A stretch of DNA of 64,000 bases from Amoebophrya sp. A120 (GCA_905178155.1 CAJINV010000004.1:6575409-6639408), one strand, 5' to 3'. Positions 14,316 to 26,454 are shown, counted from the first letter of the stretch. A program made the numbers and translations. Notes: a model not told the origin generated them from the letters alone.

Positions 14316-15886
14316 ATGAAGTTTCAGCCCGAGGACATTGTCCATGTGGACAGCAAGGAGGCCGCAAAAGCTGTCAGCTGTTCCGTTTGTCTCTGTCTTT
14401 GGGTCGACCCAGTGCAGACGATGTGCCAGCACATCTTTTGCCGGTCTTGCATCGGTATAGTTTTTTCATCTGTTGTGTCGTATGATTTGCTGTGCCTGGT
14501 CGGAGCCCTTATTGTTCGGATTCGGAATGCATGAAAAAAAGACGTAAAAACCTATTCTACTGCAGATCCACTGCTTGCGTGCCCGCATTGCCGCAGAGAC
14601 TTCTCAGGACTAGAGCCAAGCAAGAGATATACGCCACTGCGGGATATCAACCTGTTTGCCTTGAACCAAATGAATGACCTGAAGGTAAGTACGCAATATC
14701 TTCGTAGTTGTTTGCACCTTTGCTTTCATGAGTCGTCGTCGTTTTTTGGCACACTTTCCTGATGCGAGTAGGTCCAGGTCCACCGGAAGTTTCCCACAAC
14801 TCAAAAATTTAAAATCAGGTTCACTGCCCCAACGCTACGCCAATGCAACAAGGAGGAAGTAGCTCCAGTTCCGGCCCGGGGACGGGGTCCAGTAGTGCAA
14901 CAGAAGATGATCAGACAGGAGCGGGTGCCACTGGCGGCGAACCAGCAACGAAGCGCGTCAAGCGCGAACAGGACCATGAGACGGAGTGCGCTGTAGCAGA
15001 TGCTAGCTCCTGCACGTGGACCGGAACGTACGGCGACTTGCTTGCGAAGCACATGGCTGAGTGTCCGTGCCAACTGATATCCTGCCCGCGGGGGTGCGGC
15101 ATGGAGTTCCCACGTGGAGAGTTGACCGCGCACGAGAAGACCTGCGCGAAGAATCTGACGAAGTGCGAAATTTGTGGCGAGATGATTAAGGAGGAGGCGC
15201 TGGAACAGCACAACGAGCAGAAGGCGCGACTTCACGTCTACATACTGCAGAAGAAGCTGGCGGAAGCCAGCCCGCTGCTGGATTTGGTGAATGGAATGGA
15301 CAAGCGCCTACAGAGGCTGGAGGAGGAAACAGCGAAGAGCAGTCAAATCGCGTCGCTGCGCGGGCACGTAAGCAGCCAGATCGCGTCGCTGCAAGGGCAC
15401 GTAGCGACCAGTTGCAAGAAAGCTGCGGACGACGCACGACAAGCGGTAGCGAATCTCCCAAAATCTTCAGCAAATACGAGCTCGTTTTTTTGGACAGTGG
15501 ATGTGCAGAAAGCCTACGCCGACAACCCCAATCGAAGTCGGAAAATTACGCGCACTCTTCAAGGGCCAAACGGCTCCTGGGAGTTAGTGTTTCTTCCGCA
15601 AGGCTATCAAAGGGATGGGTGGGCATCTGTCGGATTGATAGCGCCGCCGGGCAGGCCGGTCGTTGTTGGCACAATTGTTCTCCGCAGCGGGGATACTACC
15701 TCTCTGCATATCGTCACACAAGGACAAGAGTTGGCTCGGCACACGTTTGACCAGGTGGTGATCGATTCCGACGTTGGAACGGGAATGCCGGACTTTGCGG
15801 AGATAGCGAAAATAAAAAAGCACAAAAAAGTTATTTTTTATGTAGATTTTGTGTCGGTGCAGACCCGCCTTCCAGACTACGGCTAG
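14316..15886 (+). CDS. RING / TRAF zinc-finger / coiled-coil / MATH-like protein, paralog 1; GT-AG introns at about 14455-14565 and 14685-14818
   Basis: RING CSVCLCLWVDPVQTMCQHIFCRSC; TRAF-type CTWTGTYGDLLAKHMAECPCQLISCPRGC; MATH-like FFWTV...WELVFLPQG. Confidence 0.8.
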
Positions 15887-16538
15887 CGCCTTTGTTTCGC
15901 CACCCACGACTACTTTGCTGGACTTTTCGAGCTGTATTTATTGATCCGGTACTTTCTCGATCAGCTCGTTACAAATGATACCCTTTTCGAGAGCTACGTG
16001 TGCACGTGCTTGCTTTACTTTCGAATACTGCTCCGATGGATCCGAGGCACGATCGGCCCCAACAGGACAGGAAAAATGTTAAATTCGTCACCAACGCAAC
16101 GCAGGTGAATGTGATTAGGCCAGGAGAAGGGCCTTCATCAATCCGTTGAAAGATAACTTATTCCAGACACGTGAATCAAAATTCCGAATCCAGTTGGTGG
16201 ATACTTACACGGGTCCAGTGAAATGAACCACGATGAAGATACGCAGAAGCAGAACTTCCTCCCTCTTCATTTTTGTTCGTTAGCTTTTTCGTGCGATCGA
16301 TCCAGTGCCCTTCTAGCTCTAGTGATTTTTGATAATACGCGAGTGCGAATCTAAACCTGATTCGAAAGCTACGCTGCTGGTGTTTGAAAAACATCCAACT
16401 ACGAACACTTTTTGTGAATTTATGCAGCATTTTTACATTGTGCTCCAAGAAGGTGAAGGAGAAGAGTTGTTTCGTAATTTGTGGTAATAGATACTTCGTA
16501 ACAGCAGGCTTTCGCTTTCCTGACGGTGACGACACAAA

Positions 16539-19500
16539 ATGGCGCGTTTTCTAGGTACGGGAACCTTCCTGTCTGATAGTGAAGCCGGCTTCATCCAGCT
16601 TCCCCGAGATACCAGACTGCGATCAACGGACGAGAACGGGAAGAATGAAACTTTTCTCACTGTGCTTTCTTCACTTATTGCGGTAGACCGCTGTAGCAAC
16701 GAGCCCATACCACATTACGAATTGCGCCACGAGGCGTCCGGGGCTGTGTGGAAGGTGCCCATCGAAGACGCTCATCAGGATTACGAGCTAGCCTTGGGTG
16801 ACCGCAAGTACGAGAAAGTGATAAAGCGTTTCCCGCCGACGGCAGCGAACCGAGGTAAGGTTCGCAACAAGATGATTCGCATGATGCAGTGCCTACCCGA
16901 CCACTTTATCCAGCCCAGATGGTGCGAAGGGCTCAGCCCGGAACAAATCCAAATGACGAAGCAGAAGATTGGCGACGCGGCCACTCCAGGTTTTGCTTCG
17001 CATGTGCAGGTTGCGACTAGGGGCACGGGGTCGACGACAGAATCGGTCCCGCGGCGCAATGATGCCGCGGCGTCAAGCAGCTTGAGACGAAGCGGTACTA
17101 CTGCAGAGTCCGACGGGCAAAAACAAAACCGCCAGGATAGGCCGCCGGAGAAGTTTGACGGCGGCGGAATCTTCCGGGGAATGTTCACCAGCGGGGGGAT
17201 AAAGAAATCTCTTAGCAGCAACGGAGACGCGGCAAAGCAAAACAACCGCGCCACTCCTGCGGAAAAGCACAGCGTGCTCCCTCAGGAGGAGCACCCAGTT
17301 TTCCAAGACTGGCAGACGGCCGCACGTTACCTCGTGGAGCAGCGGCCAGAGATAACTCCGAAAGAAATCAAGAAGGAATTGGAGCGTGGGCCGCTACTGG
17401 AGGACAGAGAAGCGTTCGTCAAAGCTGAGGTGACGGCAAAAGCCATCAAGTTCCACCTCGCCCGCGACAGAAAGAAGACGAACTTGACCCTCGACGCACC
17501 ATCCGCCGCCGGGAACAAGGGCGCAGGTGCAGCGAGAACGAAGCGCAACGCCTCGCCGGTCATCGTAGGCAGTGCGACGCGGAAGGACAAGAAGACTCAT
17601 CCGAGCGGCAATCGGTCCGGAAACTTCACTGCGTGTGGTCCGCCACCGAAGCTTGCACCGACGTTGGTGGAAGACACGACTTCGGGAAGCGGAGGGAAAA
17701 GCAAGTCTGCTGTGGCGGGTCCTGCAGCAGAAGATGCCGAAGCGCCAGCGGACGATCTCCCGGCCGGCAGTCTCGAGGGCATTCTGAAGTCTGTTGCGTA
17801 CGAGGAGGCCGAACGTTACATGTTGGTACCGACGGAAGACGACATCAAGGACGTGCTGTACGCAGGAATTGTGCTCGACGACTTCGAATTCCTGTCGGAA
17901 GCGGTGGAGCAGTGGGCCATAATGGCGTGCACCGGTTTTGCGCAGAAGAGCGGCAGCCTCCGCGACAGCATTCCAGAAGCGATCGAGCGCGCCCTGGAAT
18001 TTGAGAACCACAGAGCCCTGGAAGTTCTTTTGAACTCTGACGATATCCTCGATAAGCCGCTTCCACCGAGGAGCCAGATACTTCGCGGACGCAGCACCGC
18101 CTTTCCCCAGTCCACCATGGCGAGGAGACGCGAAATTATGGCGGCCAAGAAATGGCCCTCGGGGACGGAGTCGTACTTTCGCGGCCTTGTGCATTTGTTC
18201 CAGGGGTTGTACGTGTTCGAGCGCATCATGTGGGACAGGGACGAGAAATTTCGGGCGGAGATGAATCCCAACGCCGACGAGGAGCAGAAGCAACATATCA
18301 CAAAGGCTTTCACATTTTTCATGGACTGCGTTGAGAAGGGGCGCATGGCCGAGAGCGCTCTGCCGCGCCTGCTATCCACGCTCAGAGCCATGCGGATCTC
18401 TGACAAGGTGGAGAAGAATCTGCGGGTACTGCAGAAAAAATGCGAGAAGCTGCTTGGGATCAATGTGAACTACCCTCTGAACAACTGTTCATCACATCAG
18501 GAAGAGAAGTTAGATTCTAATGGGATAAATCACATCGGCCAGGCTGACGGAGGTGCATCCGCAGAGGACGTCGTGATTCGGAAGCAACGCGAGAAAAATG
18601 CCCGCGAAGTTTACGCGACGATTCTACTTGAGATTGGGGTGATGAAAAGGAAGAGCCACTGCTTCGTAGCAGCCGCGGAAATGATGCGACGTGCGGAGGA
18701 CGTGGTGAAAGAGCTGCGTGGAGAAAAGGAACAAAACGCCAAAAAGCAGAGCTCCTTGAAGAACGACGACTACCTGTACCTGGGCCTCCGCGTCGATTTT
18801 GAGCTCGCGCACGTCGAAGTCGAGCTGCGGAAGTTTGCTGATGCCGAAAAACGACTGAAAAAGCTGGAGGGCGTCACCAGCGCGGACCAGGTGCTTTGCG
18901 TGCGGGGCACATCCTCGGACGTGCCCATCGCGTATCGAGAGGAGCTGCAGGTCGACGGCGCCGTTGGACGGGCGCTAACCATGCTGCGGGTGCGGATTCT
19001 GATGGAACAGGGTAGAACGGCAGCGGCGCGCGAGATGGTGCAGAAGCTGAAGCACATAGAGCACCGGATGTCCTACATAACGATCCCTGCGGATAACAAT
19101 TTTCCGGAGGACGGGCTGGCCTTGATCGACACCTTCGTCCGCATGAACGACGAGCGCACGAAATTGTCCTCCTTGCGGGGCGTTTCTGCCTCCCTGCTGC
19201 AAAAGAAGCAAGGCACACGATTTTTCGAGTGCGTGCGACAGCAGATTTTGGGAATCGACGCGCGCCGTCGCGGGGACGCAGTCGCGGCGACGAAACTTTT
19301 CGAAGGCCTGCTTCTCTTGAACGGCTGGAACCACGTTTACGTCTGGAACGTGCTGAAAGCGTTGCTCGCGCAGGAGAGTCAGGGCGTGGAGGCGGCCACG
19401 AGGAAATTGCGAGATTTCCGAGCCACTTTTCCGTATGAGATGCGGATGCATGAGTGTGTGCCGCTCCTGCTGCTTGAGTCGGAGCTAACGGTGTGCAGCA

Positions 19501-20621
19501 CGAGTGCTGACCGCGTACTGGAGCGTCTGCAGGTTTGGCTGGCTCACGGGAGGGGAGAAGTAACTGCAACACCAACTGCGACTGCAGAGCAAACCGCAGA
19601 AGCAACAACCGACGCCTCTGGCATGCGTGAGCTGGCGCTCCTGCAGGTGGTAAAGCAGAGCAAGGACGTTTTGCAGCAAGGGCGTTACCAAGCCGCGCGG
19701 GACATCCTGGAATCCCTCGCTGAGTGCCTGGATCTTCCCGAAGGCGCGTTGCTGCTCGCCTTTTTGGAACGATTCTGCCACCTGGAGGAGGCGGAGGCTA
19801 GCGCAAATCTTGGTATCCCAGATACAACACCAGCGGAGCGCGACGAGGAGGAGTATTTTTCGCCTGATGAAGAAAGTACTCTTTCAGACGAGGAGCGACA
19901 CGAAGGTGAAGGTAGCGAAAAACCACGTAGTCCGGGGGCTGGTCCAGTCTCGGGGGCAGCAGCGCAGCTTCTGCTTTTGGATTTGTACGGCACAGACGAC
20001 CACAAGGACGCGGAGCTCGCGGACGAGTGGTTCACGCAGGCGACGAGGGAGCAGATCGAGGAGTATTTCATGCCCAAGTACAAGCAGCACCTGCTCGCCA
20101 CCATCACTGAGTTGCAACCAACACTCGACCTACACGGACGCGCGATTCCAGCGGCCAGTACCACCGAGAGCACCTCCTGGCGCGTGCCGCAGGCTACACC
20201 TAGCAGGTCTTGGTTCGGGCGGGCGGCGGAGGAAACGAAATACGTTTGGAAGAATACGTCTGCTGATGAGAAAGATCATTCTGGTGTGAAAGAGGTTGTG
20301 CGGCTGGCGAACCAGACGCGGTATTTTGCGGCCTTCGTCACAAAGATCGAGGATCTGGAGAATCTACCTGCGTACAAGCGCGCAATCCAGGAGAAAGGAT
20401 TTGTGTCGTCGCAACACAAAGCGAATGGGGTGAAATACGATGCGCCCTTGGTGAAGGTGAAACTGCACACCGATTCGCGCCTCTACGCCACGACAATTTT
20501 CGAAAATCCAGCTCGCAAGAAGCTCATCCTCTTCGAGGGGGAGGCAAACCACGCGGGCATACAGAGGAAAAAGCAGGAGCAGCGGCGAAAGCACATTCAA
20601 CTTCAGAAGGTGCAACAGTAA
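16539..20621 (+). CDS. Intronless 1360-aa protein, helical/TPR-like middle region, function unknown
   Basis: Uninterrupted 4.08-kb ORF with amphipathic helical segments. Confidence 0.8.
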   Translation: MARFLGTGTFLSDSEAGFIQLPRDTRLRSTDENGKNETFLTVLSSLIAVDRCSNEPIPHYELRHEASGAVWKVPIEDAHQDYELALGDRKYEKVIKRFPPTAANRGKVRNKMIRMMQCLPDHFIQPRWCEGLSPEQIQMTKQKIGDAATPGFASHVQVATRGTGSTTESVPRRNDAAASSSLRRSGTTAESDGQKQNRQDRPPEKFDGGGIFRGMFTSGGIKKSLSSNGDAAKQNNRATPAEKHSVLPQEEHPVFQDWQTAARYLVEQRPEITPKEIKKELERGPLLEDREAFVKAEVTAKAIKFHLARDRKKTNLTLDAPSAAGNKGAGAARTKRNASPVIVGSATRKDKKTHPSGNRSGNFTACGPPPKLAPTLVEDTTSGSGGKSKSAVAGPAAEDAEAPADDLPAGSLEGILKSVAYEEAERYMLVPTEDDIKDVLYAGIVLDDFEFLSEAVEQWAIMACTGFAQKSGSLRDSIPEAIERALEFENHRALEVLLNSDDILDKPLPPRSQILRGRSTAFPQSTMARRREIMAAKKWPSGTESYFRGLVHLFQGLYVFERIMWDRDEKFRAEMNPNADEEQKQHITKAFTFFMDCVEKGRMAESALPRLLSTLRAMRISDKVEKNLRVLQKKCEKLLGINVNYPLNNCSSHQEEKLDSNGINHIGQADGGASAEDVVIRKQREKNAREVYATILLEIGVMKRKSHCFVAAAEMMRRAEDVVKELRGEKEQNAKKQSSLKNDDYLYLGLRVDFELAHVEVELRKFADAEKRLKKLEGVTSADQVLCVRGTSSDVPIAYREELQVDGAVGRALTMLRVRILMEQGRTAAAREMVQKLKHIEHRMSYITIPADNNFPEDGLALIDTFVRMNDERTKLSSLRGVSASLLQKKQGTRFFECVRQQILGIDARRRGDAVAATKLFEGLLLLNGWNHVYVWNVLKALLAQESQGVEAATRKLRDFRATFPYEMRMHECVPLLLLESELTVCSTSADRVLERLQVWLAHGRGEVTATPTATAEQTAEATTDASGMRELALLQVVKQSKDVLQQGRYQAARDILESLAECLDLPEGALLLAFLERFCHLEEAEASANLGIPDTTPAERDEEEYFSPDEESTLSDEERHEGEGSEKPRSPGAGPVSGAAAQLLLLDLYGTDDHKDAELADEWFTQATREQIEEYFMPKYKQHLLATITELQPTLDLHGRAIPAASTTESTSWRVPQATPSRSWFGRAAEETKYVWKNTSADEKDHSGVKEVVRLANQTRYFAAFVTKIEDLENLPAYKRAIQEKGFVSSQHKANGVKYDAPLVKVKLHTDSRLYATTIFENPARKKLILFEGEANHAGIQRKKQEQRRKHIQLQKVQQ

Positions 20622-21202
20622 GCTTTGGAAACGAAACCTGAGGCTTGCTAATGTGTTTTTATATCCACTACCCACGAGGACGACGACACCAAACTACAGA
20701 CGACAGCACATCACAACTGAAAGCCCCATTCTAACTCCGATCTAGCGAATTTGTCTTCCTTGTTGATCCGGTTTCATCCTAAAGAACCAACGGTAAAATC
20801 ACTGGCGTTGTTCGCTTGATTTTGATCACGATATGTGTTTGTGTGCGTCCTCGAAGGACCGAGGTTCGACGTTCTTGGCGAAGGCAGTTTTATTTTTGGT
20901 TTCTTATTATTTTCCGCTGAGCAATGGTCTTTTGTGATTGTATCCACCAACATGCTCGACTACGACTTCAAGCGTGTCGAGGGACAGCGAAAGTTGGTAT
21001 TCTTCTCGTATACAAGAGTTTCCGATTAAGTAAAGATGTGTATACAAGAGTTTCCGATCTTCTGGTTTATATATTCGATTGTTGATATCAGGTCAGGTTT
21101 GGTATTGCTTTAGGGTTTACATTTTCCAACTGCAAGAGTTTTGCGCTTTGGCGAAAGTTGTACTAGTACATTGCCGATTATCTCTGGGAAAGAATTGAAA
21201 GC

Positions 21203-23065
21203 ATGGCTCGCTTCTACGTCGAGGATATTTTGCTATCGAAGAAAGACGCGGAAAACGTGACCTGCCCCGTCTGTCTGCACGTCTGGCTTGACCCGGTGGA
21301 GACCACATGCAGTTGCCGACGGATCTTCTGTCGCTCGTGCATTGGTATGGTTTTTCGGATTCTCATCATAATTCTCGTCAGGTGTCAGCATTTACATAGT
21401 GGGCATGATCATTTTATTGGCCATCGTGACTTGTCACTCAAATGATCTTCGTTTTGCATGTTGATTTTTGTTACCGGCAAACCCAGATTCATCAACAAGC
21501 AACTGCACAGATCCGCTGCTTAAGTGCCCCGTATGTAGGGATGACTTCAGTGCACAACGACAACTCGAGAAATACAAGTCATGCGGCCGATTTGCCCTGA
21601 GCGCAAGAGACGATCTGAAGGTAGAGATATGTTGCAGTGTTTTTGTGCAAAGTCTTAGGACAACTTACTTGGCATTTTCATCGTTGTTACCTCCAACCTC
21701 AACACTACATCATCAACACACAACAACATGCATCAGGTTCGTTGTCCCAACGCGATGCCTGCAACGAGTACTAGCAGTGCGACGGAAGAGGTTCGGACTA
21801 CTGGAGCCATCGGAGTAGAGCCGGCCCTAAAGCGCATCAAGTGTGGCTGCGACGAAGCGAAGATCAACCCAGTGCGTACCCCCGGGTGCACTTGGACCGG
21901 TACCTACGGCGACTTCCTCTCGAAGCACATAGGCGAATGTCGGCACGAGGTCATTTCTTGCCCTCGCGGTTGTGGTGTGAAGTTCCAGCGCGGGCAGCTA
22001 ACTGCTCACGAGGCGGTCTGCAAGAAGAACTTTGCGGAGTGTGCCATCTGCTGTGAACTTGTTAAGCCCGACCAAATGGAAGAGCATAACAATCTGTCAG
22101 CTGAGCTCCACGTCAGCATTCTGCAGGAACAGTTAGCAGCAGCTGATCCCCTGCTGAACCTCTCGAAGAGGATGCAGTCCATGGAGACCAGCATCAGCGT
22201 TCTCGCTAACAACCAGGATATATTGGAGAAGAACATCCACGGCGCATTTACCGGGCTGGGAACGCGTGTAAACGAATGCTATGGGAGGATGCAGTCTTTG
22301 GAGACCGGGATTTCTGGTCTCCAAGCCGGAATGGTGAAGCTCGTTGACGACCAGAACACATTTTGCCAGAAGATCCAGGGCGAAACTGACGGACTGGGAA
22401 CGCGTGTAAACGAATGCTGTGGGAGGATGCAGTCTTTGGAGACCGGGATTTCTGGTCTCCAAGCCGGAATGGTGAAGCTCGTTGACGACCAGAACACATT
22501 TTGCCAGAAGATCCAGTGCGAAGTTACCGGGCTGGGAGCGCGTGTAAACGAACGCTGCGAGTAGGCCGGCAGGAAAGAATCGCAAGAACAAACACGACTA
22601 CTGGATGTCAATCCAGGGGTCCGCGGTTCCTGCGAATGGCCACTCTCGGTGGCAAAAGCGTACAAAACCTGTTCCGCCAAAGGGCAGTGCGTTTCCTCGC
22701 CGGGGTTTCAGGTTATTGGGGCTGACGGACCGTGGCACCTGATGTTCTACCCCCACGGAGTAAATGAAGAAGCTGAAACGAATAATAAAGCGAGTATTTT
22801 TGTGGCGAAAAAGCACAGTCCCGGCGACGGTCGTCGGTACAGGACTAGTGGGAGAATTGTCCTGCGTACTACATCTCAGGGGTACGGAGCTATACCGAAC
22901 GATACCGTTCTCGCCGAAACAACATGGAGCGACAAGGTTTGTATGCACGCTGGACCTCTCGGCGAGTGCAATTTCGTCGACACAACGGTCCTGCGCCTGT
23001 ACGACGAAGTGACATTCGTGGTCGACATAGAATCGCTGCGGATCTGTCTGCCGAAGTACTACTGA
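21203..23065 (+). CDS. RING / TRAF / MATH-like protein, paralog 2, with an in-frame TAG at 22562-22564 (truncated allele, pseudogene or readthrough)
   Basis: Same motifs and same two intron positions (about 21345-21510 and 21621-21736) as paralog 1. ORFs 21728 and 22649 are in the same frame, separated by one TAG. Confidence 0.72.
22256..22558 (+). repeat. 138-bp coding tandem repeat (46 aa, about 2.2 copies)
   Basis: ctggga(a/g)cgcgtgtaaacgaa recurs at 22256, 22394 and 22532. Confidence 0.92.
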
Positions 23066-23750
23066 AGTGGCCAAATATCACGCTTTATTCCAAAACGTGA
23101 TAAGTATGAAGATTCCATCCACGACTGGGTAACATCTTTTCAACCCTTTACTGGTTAACATCATCATCGTCATCCACTTTCTATTTCCACAAGCAAAGAA
23201 CCGCGAAGGAGCAAGAACGACAGTTTCCGATTTGTATTTAGCACAAAAAGTTCCGGACGATTTTAATTTTTATCAGTATCGCCGTGAGCCACGTTCGTCT
23301 CGCTCTCAGTCTGAGTCGAGACGGATTTGATTGCCGTGATCTACTGCATCGCGTCCTTGGTGGTAAATGCGACTATTGTAGGTGTCTATGTTTTGTTTTT
23401 TGTCGGTTTCTTTTTTCTTGTTGTTTTTTCCTGCAAGAAATTGTACGTAATAGACTGGCTGCAGCAGTCGCTTGCTTTTTTTTGCGAGCGGTACCGGAGT
23501 GCATTTGTTTTTTTGTGTACTTCGACCGTACACCGAGCGTGCTGCTTTTTTGTGCAGCAGGTTTTTTTTCCAGTATTTCGCTAACCGTTTCAAACGCGGT
23601 CGCACACAATCATACTTGACAAACACACCATCACCACAGTTCCAATTTGTTTGTGCCGTGTCCGACAACTCATTCGTCGGGCTGTGCACAAAAAATATCT
23701 TCGTTCTAGTACTTCGGTAGATAGATAGCAGGTTCAAAAGTAACTTCACG

Positions 23751-25727
23751 ATGTCTTCCCTCCTCGCCCAACCCCGGCTGGACCCGCAAGCCAGCCACAA
23801 GCTCGGCTTTGGCCGCAAGCACGCCACGGACTATTACGCCGACGCCGCTGGGATGCGTCCGAACTCCGCTGCGGGGAAAGACAAAAATGCCCACACGCGC
23901 AGCACCAACACTCTGCAGTCGCGGCAAATGGCGACGTTGCTACAACATCCTGATGGTCATTCTACTACTGCCACCACCGGTGGTACACGGGGCGAAAAGT
24001 TCGGCAAGAGCAAGGCCACGCAAAGTACCACTTCTACGGAAACGATGAAAACCAACGCGATCACCGACGCAGCTGTGGTCCCCACTATCTCCGCGAGAAA
24101 GTTCCTGTCCATCGACCGTCAGCAGTGGGATCAGTGCAACCGCTTTGACGCGGAGCAGTACCGAATCAAGAAGAAAACGCCGACCATGCTGGTCTGCTCC
24201 CCTAGAACGGCCGCCAACAACGTGTCGAAAACGCTTGCGGGGATTTGTCACGGACGCGCCCCGGCGGCCTTTTCGGAGAAAACTTTGACCGCCACCCGGG
24301 CGAACAAAGTGTCCAGCCGGTTTGAAGCGCAAGTTCCGTCTCAGAAGAGCAAAGAGTCAGCGACAAATTCTACTATCGACGGCGGAGATAGGGTCCTTAC
24401 AACCACCACCAACATCGGGTACCAGACCAGTGTAAACGCGGACAAAACCTGGTACACGGAATTGAAGCAGAACGGCCAGCACGGAGATAAAATCGGATCA
24501 TCAGCACATCAAGGAGGAACTACTAATACTTCCAAGTCCACCGCCGAGGTGGTGAAAAGCAAAGCTTCCATCCTGCAGAACGACAGTATCCTCACTCCGA
24601 AAATCACCCGAGCGCCGCTCGGGTTCAAGCCGCAGCCGCGAACGCAGTTGCTGCAGACCGCTCGGAGCACGACGAAAGTGTGTGCGGACGCACGAGACGT
24701 GTACCGCGGAAAAAAGTGCGACTACAGTGCGAATATAGAGGAAACGATGGTGGCGCAAATGATGGTGGATAGTGATAATAGCAGTAGCAGTAGTTGTAGC
24801 GGTAAAAAGGGTGCATGTGTAAACCCGGTGAAGACATCATCCTGCTCCACGCCAGCGCCACCATCTTCGCACGGCACGATTCTGAAACCCGCGGGAACGT
24901 CGGTGCAGCTCGTCCGGGAACGACAGCACGATATTCTGCCGGCGGACATGAGTAGAAGCGGAGGCAGTTGTTCGAACACCCAAGCTCCAGCCGAGTACGT
25001 GCCGGAGTCGCTTTTCGGGAAACCGCCGGAGATCCATTTCTCCTCGTTGAAAACGAAGTCATCTCCGAGGACGAGTCCAGGGCAGGCCGCTCCGGTAGTC
25101 CATCTTCTAGCGGGATCTCCTACTCCTGCGAGTAATGCGAACGGCAAATCATCTCCGCTGCTTTCCTCCTCTCCGATAAAGTCTAATTCCACCTCCCAGC
25201 AACAAAAATCACTTTCGCCGTCTCTGGACCCGAAAATAAAACAGCTGAAACTGTCGACCCGGGTGCTTTGGAGTGATAGTGAGAAGGCGGAAAATAAACC
25301 CACCGCGACAACCACTGCTAGTACAACGCTGTGGCCGGAGTATAAAAATGTCGGAGAACAACAATATAAGAAAAGCAGGGGCGACCACAAATCAACCACC
25401 GTCTCACCAGTTTCAGGAAAGAAGGCAAACAGCCCTTCCAGTGGCGGTTTCCGACAGGCCTGTGGGTCTTTTCGGAGTCCCCGGATGGCAGAACTAGCAG
25501 GCATTCGGCAGGACGTCGACCAGATGTTTAATAATTCTTCCGGTACTGCAGTACTAGCTGCGTCGTCGACGCCAAAACAAGCTGGTGCGGCGAGGAACAA
25601 GACGAATGCATCCTCTGGATTGAAAAGTAACAAGACTTCCACCGCCTCGCCCATCAAAATGAAGTACGGCCCGGCTCCGAACAGCAACGCTTTGGCGGCG
25701 AGAACCAAGCTGGCAACGCCGCACTGA
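23751..25727 (+). CDS. Intronless S/T/K-rich low-complexity protein, 658 aa
   Basis: Long ORF between AT-rich intergenic regions; no recognised domain. Confidence 0.7.
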   Translation: MSSLLAQPRLDPQASHKLGFGRKHATDYYADAAGMRPNSAAGKDKNAHTRSTNTLQSRQMATLLQHPDGHSTTATTGGTRGEKFGKSKATQSTTSTETMKTNAITDAAVVPTISARKFLSIDRQQWDQCNRFDAEQYRIKKKTPTMLVCSPRTAANNVSKTLAGICHGRAPAAFSEKTLTATRANKVSSRFEAQVPSQKSKESATNSTIDGGDRVLTTTTNIGYQTSVNADKTWYTELKQNGQHGDKIGSSAHQGGTTNTSKSTAEVVKSKASILQNDSILTPKITRAPLGFKPQPRTQLLQTARSTTKVCADARDVYRGKKCDYSANIEETMVAQMMVDSDNSSSSSCSGKKGACVNPVKTSSCSTPAPPSSHGTILKPAGTSVQLVRERQHDILPADMSRSGGSCSNTQAPAEYVPESLFGKPPEIHFSSLKTKSSPRTSPGQAAPVVHLLAGSPTPASNANGKSSPLLSSSPIKSNSTSQQQKSLSPSLDPKIKQLKLSTRVLWSDSEKAENKPTATTTASTTLWPEYKNVGEQQYKKSRGDHKSTTVSPVSGKKANSPSSGGFRQACGSFRSPRMAELAGIRQDVDQMFNNSSGTAVLAASSTPKQAGAARNKTNASSGLKSNKTSTASPIKMKYGPAPNSNALAARTKLATPH

Positions 25728-26454
25728 GAAGCGTGGTGCATCGTACAACTCAAAATAAGCAAAGTTTTGTTTCTTTCACCTCGTGTGCCATTCGCGCAAT
25801 TGATTTTTCAAGTCAAGTATTTGTTTTAGTTCTGGCTCTATGTAGTCGCGTTTATTTTTTTCGTGTCACGACGGTCTTTCCCCCGTTATTTCATCAGTTT
25901 CATTTTCATAGTTTTTCAAGGTTTGGAATGAAAAAAGATAATGATAAACAACGTAGAAGCTGTATGATATTTCACAAAAGGATCATGCTATTTCTATTCT
26001 GTACAATACAAATACGATAGCTACGATACGGTTAATTGTCATTCTCTAGCATGCTTTTAGGGTTGTGGGTGTTTGCAAGTAAAAAGCAGAAGTGATTCTG
26101 ATAATCCGTTTGTTTACGACGAAGAGACTGCGTCTGGTGCGTTCTTGTCTTTGATCTGCAAAGCAGATCTGATGCTGCGGGCAGCCAAGGAGTAAGTTGG
26201 CGATCTCAACAAGAGCAGGACGAGTGCAGGCCAGAGCAATGAAAATTTGATTTTGCGGAGCGGGAATTGAAATTCACTGCTTCACGCTTCTGGAGAGAAT
26301 AACTTAGTAAAAGTGAGTTGAGTCACTTCGTTCGAGGAGCGACAAGCCGCGTTTTTCCAACAAACTACTCTAAACCAACCACTACCATGACAATTGCGGG
26401 GCGAATAAAAGCCATCGAAAATAAATCATGTTTTCGGGAAATTCCCGCTAATAA

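Noticed and set aside
16539-20621. The 1360-aa ORF as the autonomous transposase
   Set aside because: I recognised no DDE, tyrosine-recombinase or reverse-transcriptase motifs, and saw no family TIRs flanking it. A profile search is still worthwhile.
24722-25762. Long minus-strand ORFs overlapping + genes (e.g. 24722-25762, 17394-18296, 2259-3035)
   Set aside because: Antisense shadows of GC-rich coding sequence with no motifs.
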